A model generated the notes under the pieces. That model was not told the DNA's origin. It worked only from the letters and a program-made list of their open reading frames with translations, and searched no databases. A stretch of DNA of 26,107 nucleotides from an uncultured Spirochaetota bacterium (GTDB lineage Bacteria > Spirochaetota > Spirochaetia > SZUA-6 > Fen-1364). Each line of letters starts with the position of its first letter. Within the stretch, counting starts at the first letter, position 1. The DNA lies in contig CAVUXE010000021.1 in NCBI GenBank assembly GCA_963745235.1, positions 1-26,107 on the forward strand. The letters run 5' to 3'. Position numbers and translations under genes: made by a program. This document shows, in pieces, positions 18,962-26,107 of the stretch.

Positions 18962-20254
18962 TTATTTTGCCCTGATTCTTTTCCCTATCGCGAGGGCCAG
19001 GGCCATGATCGTCAGGATGGGCGGGTTCCCAAGCGAGCGGGGGAGAAGGCTTGCGTCCGAAACGTAGAGGTTGTCCGGTAGCCCCTCGGGATGCAGGCTC
19101 GCGGAGTCTCGCCGCCTCAGCGGCACCATGCCGCCCGGATGGCCCGCGTTCAGCGTGCCCAGCCGAAGTGAGCTCTCATCCACACCGAGCTTCAGGAGAA
19201 TCTTCCTGCACAGGGCAACCGCGCCGGCCAGGACCGACTGATCCCGCGGCGATAGCTCCTTTCGTATTCTTCCGGGCTCGGAAGCGCCCTCGCTGGAATC
19301 TGCAAGCTTGACCATGAGGGACAGGATTGACCCTCCGGGATTGCGCCAGCCGCGGTTGTAGAGGAAGCTGAGGTAGTCGAAGTACGGTGAAAGGATGTAC
19401 GAGTCCTGCTGGACCACGAAAGGCATCGAGATTTCTCCCCGCGGCCCCGTTCCCTCCCGGCGCCCGGCAAGGCAGAGGACAGGGTCCACGAACAACGTCT
19501 CCTGGCAGGGAATGCCGGATCTCTGCAGGATGACGGGTGTATCAAGGCCTCCCGCTGCAAGGACCACGAGGTCCGCCGCAAAGAACTTCCTTCTCCCGCG
19601 GAAGCGTGCCCACACCCCCGTTGCCCGTTTTCCTTCCATCCTGACGCTGTCTACACGGCACCCCGGGAGAAGCCGGGCCCCGCGGTCCACTGCCTGATCG
19701 ACGAAGGCCCGTACATCCCACTTTGCGCCGGTGGGGCAGCCAAGGATGCACCGCCCGCACCGCCTGCACTTGCGGGAGTCGATCAGCTTTGGCGTAGGGA
19801 CCGGGGCAAGGCCCATATCCGTGCAGAGGGCAAACAGCTCCCGCGTATCTGCCCTCCAGCCCTTCACGTGATCCGTGCTGATCGGGACCTCCCGGGAAAG
19901 CTCTTCGAACTCCCTGTCCAAGTCAACCCCGATCTCCCTCAGGTCCCGGTCCATGCGAAGCGCATTTCCCGCGCTGATGGTGGTGGCGCCGCCGACGCAC
20001 CTGCCGTTGACCAGGGCCATTTTCCGGGCGCCGCTGGCGCTCCTCCTGATTCGCATCGGCGGGAACAGGAAGCTCGTCATGCGCTCGTCACGGAGCAGGC
20101 CGCAGGCTTTGAGCCCCTCCATGAACGGCTCGCTGAAAGAAAGGGGATGGAAGGGCCGTCCCTCTTCGAGGATGGTGACGTCAAAGGAGCCCGTGAGCTC
20201 GCGCGCCACCGTGGCGCCTCCCGCGCCGCTTCCCACCACGATTGCTGATTTCAC
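18962..20254 (-). CDS. FAD-dependent GMC-family oxidoreductase with a Cys-rich Fe-S motif
   Basis: GTG start, KSAIVVGSGAGG (FAD), GRCVGGATTISAG, CRRCGRCILGCPTGAKW, VLAAGGLDTP, GHPGG, NLYVSDASLLP...NPPILTIMALA; GTGA overlap with the upstream gene. Confidence 0.85.
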   Translation of the reverse strand: MKSAIVVGSGAGGATVARELTGSFDVTILEEGRPFHPLSFSEPFMEGLKACGLLRDERMTSFLFPPMRIRRSASGARKMALVNGRCVGGATTISAGNALRMDRDLREIGVDLDREFEELSREVPISTDHVKGWRADTRELFALCTDMGLAPVPTPKLIDSRKCRRCGRCILGCPTGAKWDVRAFVDQAVDRGARLLPGCRVDSVRMEGKRATGVWARFRGRRKFFAADLVVLAAGGLDTPVILQRSGIPCQETLFVDPVLCLAGRREGTGPRGEISMPFVVQQDSYILSPYFDYLSFLYNRGWRNPGGSILSLMVKLADSSEGASEPGRIRKELSPRDQSVLAGAVALCRKILLKLGVDESSLRLGTLNAGHPGGMVPLRRRDSASLHPEGLPDNLYVSDASLLPRSLGNPPILTIMALALAIGKRIRAK

Positions 20255-20745
20255 CGCAACTCTCCCCTGCACACGGCGGCCCCCTCCGTGATGCGCTGCG
20301 TGAACACCATCCTGGCCCCGCCGGTGAGCCCCGCGAGAAGCCCGGCATCCAGGGAAGAGATGAGCCGGCACGCCGCCGGCGTGTAACGGGAGCTGAAGAG
20401 GCAGCTCTGCACCACGAAGCCGCCCGCGGCTCCGACCCTGAAGTCCACGCCTATCACGCGATACAGGGCGCGCGCAACGTGCGCTGCCTCCGCCATCGTC
20501 CGTACTCCCAGCCAGGTCCGAAGCCGGGACCCCAGGGCGCGTGCGCTGGAGAAAAGCTTCTCCGCGCTTTCCCCTAGCGCCGTTGCCGCGTGCTCCGCCG
20601 TGAAAGAGGCGAAACTCTCCAGGCTGCTGCGCCGCGGGGGAGGCGAGCCGAATGCATCCGCCGCCATCCGGGCCAGGAGCCTGATGCCTGCCGCGCGAAA
20701 AATCCCCGGCGCAAGGAGGGCAAAAAAACGTGCTCGGGCGCTCAC
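20251..20745 (-). CDS. Hypothetical protein, ATC-hydrolase/V4R-like Cys pattern
   Basis: 164 aa; C-terminal VQSCLF..Y....C...SSLDAGLLAG...FTQRITEGAAVC; 4-nt overlaps with both neighbours support a real gene. Confidence 0.65.
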   Translation of the reverse strand: MSARARFFALLAPGIFRAAGIRLLARMAADAFGSPPPRRSSLESFASFTAEHAATALGESAEKLFSSARALGSRLRTWLGVRTMAEAAHVARALYRVIGVDFRVGAAGGFVVQSCLFSSRYTPAACRLISSLDAGLLAGLTGGARMVFTQRITEGAAVCRGELR

Positions 20746-23471
20746 GCCGTCCTTCCCGCTGCCGCCGTCCCTCCCGTTGCCGCTGTCTTTCCATCGTACA
20801 TCGCCGCGATCAGGCCGCCAAACCTGCGCGTGATGGCTTCCCGCTTCAGCTTCAGGTTGCCAGTGAGCTCTCCTCCCTGGATCGAAAGATCATTCGGGAG
20901 CACCGTCCACTTCTTGACCTGCTCCGGGTGCGAGAGCCGGCTGTTCACCTCGTCTATCCCCCGCTCAACCTCGAGGTGGTCATTCGCCCAGATGAGCGCG
21001 GAGCAGAAGGGCATTCCTTCGCCGACCACCATCGCCTCCGCGATCCCGGGGATGCTCTTCAGGAGCGCTTCGATCCTGCCAGGGTGAATGTTCTTGCCAT
21101 ACGAGGTCACGATCAGGTCTTTCTTCCTGCCGTCCAGCACGAGGCTGTCATTCTCCCTGTGGCCGAGGTCTCCTGTCAGAAGCCAGCCATCTCGAAAGGG
21201 CTGTTCCACGCACCCGTCATACCCCGCGGTGACCTGCGGTCCCTTCACGAGCACCTCTCCGTCCTCTGCAATCCTGATCTGCGTCTCCGGGAGGGGCGTC
21301 CCGACGGTTCCCGGCCTGTTGGCGCCGGCAACGTTCAGGGTTGCAAGCGGAGCCTCAGTGAGGCCGTAGGCGTTATGGATTGTGATCCCCAACTCCTGGA
21401 ACGCTGAGAGCAGCGCGGGGCTCGCCGGCGCTGATCCAGAGATGAGCTGGGCGCACCTGTCCAGGCCCGCCTTCGACAAGAGAGCGCGGCGGATCACCGG
21501 GCGCAGAAGGCTCTTGGCTCCGCCGGCAGGAAGCCGAAGGTAGACCTTCCCGACTCTTCCCGAAGAAAACGACTGCCAGAGCTTTTCGTAGAATCGAGGA
21601 ACCGAAAAAAAGATCGTCGGCCTGACCCTGGGGAGAGACCGGGCCAGGGCGCGGAAGTCTTCCAGGAACCAGATGTCCACGGGCGTCGGAAGGTTGTAGG
21701 GCGCATACGTGCACAGGATGCCTTCCACCACGTGGCTCATCGGCAGGAAGGAAAGGTACGAAGCGCGCCGCACCCTGGCCTTCCAGGGGAGAAGAGAGGC
21801 AACGGTTTCACCCATCCAGCGAACCTGGTCGTGGCGGAAAATAGCTCCCTTTGGCTCGCCGGTGGTGCCAGAGGTGAATCGCAGCGTTGCCTCGTCAGAA
21901 AGGCTCACGGGAGCATCGGAGGCCTGCAGGTCGAGTCCCGCGCCCAGACCGAGGAAGTGCTCCCACGGCATGATTGTCCGCGAGACAACCCGGCGGCAGA
22001 ACGAGACCACGGGCAGTCCCTTCGTGATCTTCGGGAGCTCAGAGAGGAGACCGGGGGAGCCGATGAAGAGAAGCCGTGCCCTGCTTGCCCGCAGGATCTC
22101 CTCCATCTCAGCCGCGGGCGTGGTGTAGTACACGGGCACGCTCACCGCTCCGATAAGCCCGATCGCAACGTCCAGGACGAGGTATCGCACGCCGTTCAGG
22201 CCGGCAATTGCAATCCGGTCTCCCTTTCCCGCGCCCATCACCCTGAGGCTTTGCACCGCCTGCAAGATCTCTTCACGCACCTCCGCGGCGCGCCGCGTGG
22301 TGGTCTTGCCGTCAGCAATCTCATGGAAGCGAACGGGCCGCGTCCTGCTCTGCAACCGGAAAAGCACCTGCTCGTGCGCAGTGCGGATCGAGGCGTGAAG
22401 GAACCCCCGGGAGGCTGCGTAGGAGAGGAGACGGGGCAGAATGGCCTTCCAGTCAATGGTGCAGGGGCCAAGGAGCCTTTCCGTGTTGGAGGTCTGAAAC
22501 TGCCTGTCCTCGCTGAAATAGGAAATGAGGGATTTCGGAATTGCCCGCAGGAGCTTTGCGTTGAACGCGCCCGCGGGGATGGGCATCATGACGGGCAGAG
22601 CGAGCCGCACCTGCAGCGCCGAGGCCGCCCATTCGCGAACGCTTTCCAGGAGCTCACGGGCAGTGGGGAGGAGGCGCGGCGGGACTGTGAGGTGAAAGGT
22701 CAGCCCTTCTGCCCGCGCATCGAAGGTGAGACGTGAGATTGCATCTGCCACGTAGTCGACGGGAACGACATTCACCGGCAGGTTTCCCTTGCAGGGCATG
22801 ACTGTCAGCTTCCCGGTCAGGTACAACCTCAGCGGCACATACACGGTGTTGAACGTGGGAATCCGTCCTGTGAGCGAATCCCCGACGATCATGCCCGGCC
22901 GAAAGACGGAGACAGGCAGCTCCAGACCGGCCGCCCTGACCAGGCGCTCCCCCTCGAGCTTTGTCTGCTCATACGTGTTGGAGAACCCGCCTTCATCGCT
23001 CAGTGAGTCTTCGGCCACCACGCCGGTGCGGCGCCCCGCCACGTACGCGGTCGAGACATGGGACAGCCGCGCAATCCCGTGGCGTGCGTGAGCCTTGCGC
23101 GCCAGCTCGATCACCCGGGCCGTGCCCTCGACGTTTATCCTTCGAAGCTCCTCGATGGGTCCATCCAGGCGAAGGTCTGCCGCGGTGTGGACGATATGAG
23201 TGGCGCAGGCCGCAAGACCATCGTATGTCTCCTGGTCAAGGCCAAGGAGCGCCATGCTGACGTCGCCGCAAAGCACTTCCACGTGCGTGCCAATAGCGCC
23301 AGCCAGCTCGGGCCACGGCCACCATGTCCGGGCAAGACGCGCTGCCGCATCCTGTTCCGTTTTTCCCCGGACAAGCACGATCAAGCGGACGCCTTCCCGC
23401 GCCAGGAGACGCCGGGCGGTCTGCGTACCTACAAAGCCGGTTGCCCCCGTGAGAAAAACGGTGGCGCTCAT
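20742..23471 (-). CDS. Fusion of an extended-SDR fatty-acyl/thioester reductase (NAD_binding_4) and a long-chain acyl-CoA ligase (AMP-binding), 909 aa
   Basis: N-half: TGATGFVG, HTAA, INVEGT, HVSTAYVAG, YEQTK, RPGMIVG. C-half: FTSGTTGEPKG, SFLPMSH, AYGLTE, TGDLG, GRKKDLIV, KLKR. The ORF is uninterrupted. Confidence 0.88.
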   Translation of the reverse strand: MSATVFLTGATGFVGTQTARRLLAREGVRLIVLVRGKTEQDAAARLARTWWPWPELAGAIGTHVEVLCGDVSMALLGLDQETYDGLAACATHIVHTAADLRLDGPIEELRRINVEGTARVIELARKAHARHGIARLSHVSTAYVAGRRTGVVAEDSLSDEGGFSNTYEQTKLEGERLVRAAGLELPVSVFRPGMIVGDSLTGRIPTFNTVYVPLRLYLTGKLTVMPCKGNLPVNVVPVDYVADAISRLTFDARAEGLTFHLTVPPRLLPTARELLESVREWAASALQVRLALPVMMPIPAGAFNAKLLRAIPKSLISYFSEDRQFQTSNTERLLGPCTIDWKAILPRLLSYAASRGFLHASIRTAHEQVLFRLQSRTRPVRFHEIADGKTTTRRAAEVREEILQAVQSLRVMGAGKGDRIAIAGLNGVRYLVLDVAIGLIGAVSVPVYYTTPAAEMEEILRASRARLLFIGSPGLLSELPKITKGLPVVSFCRRVVSRTIMPWEHFLGLGAGLDLQASDAPVSLSDEATLRFTSGTTGEPKGAIFRHDQVRWMGETVASLLPWKARVRRASYLSFLPMSHVVEGILCTYAPYNLPTPVDIWFLEDFRALARSLPRVRPTIFFSVPRFYEKLWQSFSSGRVGKVYLRLPAGGAKSLLRPVIRRALLSKAGLDRCAQLISGSAPASPALLSAFQELGITIHNAYGLTEAPLATLNVAGANRPGTVGTPLPETQIRIAEDGEVLVKGPQVTAGYDGCVEQPFRDGWLLTGDLGHRENDSLVLDGRKKDLIVTSYGKNIHPGRIEALLKSIPGIAEAMVVGEGMPFCSALIWANDHLEVERGIDEVNSRLSHPEQVKKWTVLPNDLSIQGGELTGNLKLKREAITRRFGGLIAAMYDGKTAATGGTAAAGRTA
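20746..20792. repeat. Imperfect 18-bp tandem repeat, about 2.6 copies, in the 3' end of the fusion gene
   Basis: GCCGTCCTTCCCGCTGCC / GCCGTCCCTCCCGTTGCC / GCTGTCTTTCC; encodes GKTAAT-GGTAAA-GRTA on the minus strand. Confidence 0.6.
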
Positions 23472-24745
23472 GAAAGTCTCTCCGCGGCAACCATCCGAAG
23501 CGCGCGCCGGGCCGCGGACGCCGCATGCTCGACACCCAGCTCGCGTCCCAGCAGGGATCGGTTTCTCGAAGCCAGGTCGAAGTGTGCCGCGTGCCCCGCC
23601 TCCAGGGCTGCGGCCACCTGACTCGGGTCCTCCAGGAGCTGATCGATGCGCTCATTCAGAGCCGTGAACATCCCCGGCAGGCGCGCATCCACAAAGAAGC
23701 GCTCCTTGAGCCCGAGGTCCTCGTACAGGGTGCGAAGGCGAAGGTCGTGCCCCACGGCCGTCTGGGGAACCCGCGCCGCAAGGGACAGCACCGCGGCGTG
23801 GTAGCGCGAGGTCACCAGCACCCGCAGATTTCGCAGGAGAACGGTCATCTGTGAAGCGTTGCGTTCCCGGGCGGAGAACACGCGGGCCATCTCGGGATGC
23901 GCCATGCGGCTGTGCACGGCCCGGGCCAGCCGCTCATCCACCTCCTCCATGCAGATGAGGGCCACGGGCGCCCCGTGCTTCGCGGCAATCCTGTCCGCCG
24001 TTTGCGCGTACCCGCGCGCCAGCTCTTCGCTTGCCGCGCGCCGGCTGGCGTTGCGGGAGAAATAGTACGGCCACTTGTAGCAGTCCTCCTTCTTCCCCCA
24101 GGGTCTCATCACGACAGGAAAGAGGTTGTAGTCCACGATGGCCATTCCCACCATGCCCTCGGAAGCGCGCGGCCATTCCCTCTCGGGCCAGCCTTCATCC
24201 TCCGGCCGCGTCCTGTAGGTGAATGCATTGTCAGCGGTCACTTCGATGGGGGCCGTTACGCCGCACGAGGCCAGGCGGTCCGCCGCCGCCCGGTTTCGCG
24301 TGATGATGAGATCCGTGAGGCTGGCGATCCTGCGGACGAGCCGCCGGTTGAGCGGTGAGAGGGAGCCCGCGTCCACCGCGTATGCCAGACAGCGCTTTCC
24401 CAGGCGGGCGGCGCACCGCGTTGCCCAGAGGAAGGCCCAGAGCAGGACCGACCCCCAGGTGTCCATGTACGTGGAGCCTTCCACCAGCATGATCACGTCG
24501 TGCTCCTTGACGAGCTTCCGGATGGCCCGGAAGTACAGGATCGGGATCCGGACGATCCTGAGGGCGGGCCCTTCCTTGACGTAGCGGCGGAGGTTCTCCG
24601 GTGCCAGGCTCGGAACGGTGATCTGGACGCCGGGGCCCAGCACCGCGCGAACGTCCTCTATGTCGGACAGGAGCAGCGCCTCGGCGCCCGTGTTGTTGGC
24701 TCCGTTGTATCCTACCATCAGAACTTTCGTCGTGGTGCCGTTCAT
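23468..24745 (-). CDS. Polysaccharide pyruvyl transferase family protein (CsaB/WcaK-like, divergent)
   Basis: GYNGANNTGAEALL, LIITRN, VTADNAF, VTSRYHAAV; strong SD GAGGAGG. Confidence 0.75.
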   Translation of the reverse strand: MNGTTTKVLMVGYNGANNTGAEALLLSDIEDVRAVLGPGVQITVPSLAPENLRRYVKEGPALRIVRIPILYFRAIRKLVKEHDVIMLVEGSTYMDTWGSVLLWAFLWATRCAARLGKRCLAYAVDAGSLSPLNRRLVRRIASLTDLIITRNRAAADRLASCGVTAPIEVTADNAFTYRTRPEDEGWPEREWPRASEGMVGMAIVDYNLFPVVMRPWGKKEDCYKWPYYFSRNASRRAASEELARGYAQTADRIAAKHGAPVALICMEEVDERLARAVHSRMAHPEMARVFSARERNASQMTVLLRNLRVLVTSRYHAAVLSLAARVPQTAVGHDLRLRTLYEDLGLKERFFVDARLPGMFTALNERIDQLLEDPSQVAAALEAGHAAHFDLASRNRSLLGRELGVEHAASAARRALRMVAAERLS

Positions 24746-24819
24746 CTCGATCCTCCTCGGTCTTCTTCAGACCCTGTAACGATGGAGACTGGCCTTTTTG
24801 CACCACACTTTCGAGGGAT

Positions 24820-24848
24820 TTCACCCGGCATCTGCTGATCAGTATCTT
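24820..24848 (+). promoter_or_regulatory. Putative sigma70 promoter of the dienelactone hydrolase (near-leaderless)
   Basis: TTCACC-N17-TATCTT-N8-ATG; no SD sequence. Confidence 0.45.
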
Positions 24849-24856
24849 CCTCCTGT

Positions 24857-25768
24857 ATGCTGCGAACACTCCTTCTGGAAGCGTCTCTTTTCCTGGGGGC
24901 GGCGGCGACCTTTGGCCAGTCCGCAGGCCTTCCGCCCGCGGAAGCTGACGCAAAGGCACGCCTGGACAGCTCGCCGCGGCACGGTGAGTGGGTCCCCGTG
25001 GACGCGGGCGGCGGGGACACGGTGGATGCATTTGTCGTCTATCCCGAGCGGGCGGACAAGGCCCCCGTGGTCCTGGTGGTCCACGAGAACATCGGCCTCA
25101 CAGACTGGGTGCGCGCCGTGGCGGATCAGCTTGCAGCGGAAGGCTTCATAGCGATTGCCCCGGACCTCATCAGCGGCAAGGCGCCTGGCGGCAAGGGAAG
25201 CGCCGCGGTGGGCCCGGATGATGCACGCACGCTGATCTATGCGCTTGACCCGGGAGAGGTCGCGCGACGGCTCGACGCGGTAGCGAAATACGCGGTCTCC
25301 CTCCCTGCCGCGCTGCCTCGATTTGCCGTGGTCGGTTTCTGCTGGGGCGGCGGGGTGAGCTTCTCCTATGCCGCGGCCCAGCCCGGCCTGAGCGCAGCGG
25401 TGGTCTTCTACGGCGTGCCTCCCGCCACAGAGGCCCTGGACCGCATCAAGGCGCCGGTGCTCGGCCTCTACGGCGGCAGCGATGCCCGGGTGGACGCGAC
25501 CGTGCCGCCTGCGGCTCGGGAGCTTTCCCGGCTGGGGAAGTCCTTCGACTACGAGATGTTTCCGGGAGCAGGGCACGCCTTCATGAGGGCGCAGAACGGG
25601 CAGGCAGGGGCGAACCTGAAGGCGGCGCAGCGTGCCTGGCCGCGCGCCATCGGCTTCCTGAAGAAGAACCTGGAGTCAGGGGTCTCCCGCGTGTCGGCCG
25701 TGGATGTCGAAATGAGCCTCCTCCGAACGACGAGGTGTGGACACACATTTGTAGAGGAGGGCACATGA
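24857..25768 (+). CDS. Dienelactone hydrolase family protein with probable signal peptide
   Basis: VVHENIGL, IAPDL, VGFCWGG, GLYGGSDARV, GAGHAF; Cys/Asp/His triad present. Confidence 0.92.
   Translation: MLRTLLLEASLFLGAAATFGQSAGLPPAEADAKARLDSSPRHGEWVPVDAGGGDTVDAFVVYPERADKAPVVLVVHENIGLTDWVRAVADQLAAEGFIAIAPDLISGKAPGGKGSAAVGPDDARTLIYALDPGEVARRLDAVAKYAVSLPAALPRFAVVGFCWGGGVSFSYAAAQPGLSAAVVFYGVPPATEALDRIKAPVLGLYGGSDARVDATVPPAARELSRLGKSFDYEMFPGAGHAFMRAQNGQAGANLKAAQRAWPRAIGFLKKNLESGVSRVSAVDVEMSLLRTTRCGHTFVEEGT
25705..25731 (+). promoter_or_regulatory. ECF42-type promoter upstream of the DGPF gene
   Basis: TGTCGA-N17-CGAC, matching the TGTCGA/CG(A/T)C promoters known upstream of DGPF genes. Confidence 0.6.
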
Positions 25769-26107
25769 AGTACCTGTGCATGGCGTACGGAGACAGGAGC
25801 AGGATGGAGGCCCTGTCAAAGGGCCAGATGGACGCAATCATGCAGGAATGCAAGCCCTACGTGGATGACCTCCACGGAAGCGGCCACCTGATAATCGACG
25901 AGGGGCTCACCTGGGAGACGACCAGCATCCGTCCCCGGGCCGGGAAGGTGGCCGTCACGGACGGCCCGTTCGTGGAAACGAAAGAGCAGGTGGGCGGAGT
26001 CTTCATCATCGAGGCGCGGGACCTGAACGAGGCCATCCTCGTGGCCTCCCGTCACCCGGCGGCGCACGTGGGAGAGCACCTGGGCTGGGGCATCGAGGTG
26101 CGTCCCG
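25765..26107 (+). CDS. YciI/DGPF(AETKE) family protein, 3'-truncated by the window edge (absent from the ORF track)
   Basis: SD GAGGAGG; MKYLCMAY...VTDGPFVETKEQVGGVFIIEARDLNEAI...IEVRP. Confidence 0.9.
   Translation, partial: MKYLCMAYGDRSRMEALSKGQMDAIMQECKPYVDDLHGSGHLIIDEGLTWETTSIRPRAGKVAVTDGPFVETKEQVGGVFIIEARDLNEAILVASRHPAAHVGEHLGWGIEVRP

Noticed and set aside
20255-20794. 180-aa N-terminal extension of the GMC oxidoreductase in the 610-aa ORF
   Set aside because: It overlaps the 20251-20745 gene in another frame; the FAD motif starts right after the GTG at 20254, which has a GTGA overlap.
24775-24802. Possible ECF-like promoter TGCAAA-N15-CGTTAC (minus strand) before the four-gene operon
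   Set aside because: Single weak match with atypical spacing; not supportable without orthologous sequences.

Overview
GC-rich bacterial window, probably from a diderm, with about 25 tightly packed CDSs and no rRNA, tRNA, CRISPR array or recognisable mobile element. Left to right: (-) AraC-VOC-YciI unit; (+) DesK/DesR-like two-component pair followed by a five-gene Lol-like operon (ABC ATPase, two FtsX/LolE-type permeases, LolA-like protein, putative beta-barrel); secreted single-Cys MsrA; aldo/keto reductase and Gfo/Idh/MocA oxidoreductase; (-) carboxylesterase and Mhq-type ring-cleaving dioxygenase, PPK2, MBL hydrolase, and a heavily frameshifted heterodimeric ABC exporter; (-) a four-gene translationally coupled operon (pyruvyl-transferase-like protein, reductase/acyl-CoA ligase fusion, small Cys protein, Fe-S GMC oxidoreductase); (+) dienelactone hydrolase and a partial DGPF/YciI gene. 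The best candidates for something undescribed are the four-gene operon at 18962-24745 and the DesK/DesR-like system, whose 23-bp-periodic TGAC boxes and matching leaderless promoter geometry link it to the Lol-like operon. Many indels look like long-read consensus errors. All product calls come from motif recognition by eye; no database search was run.
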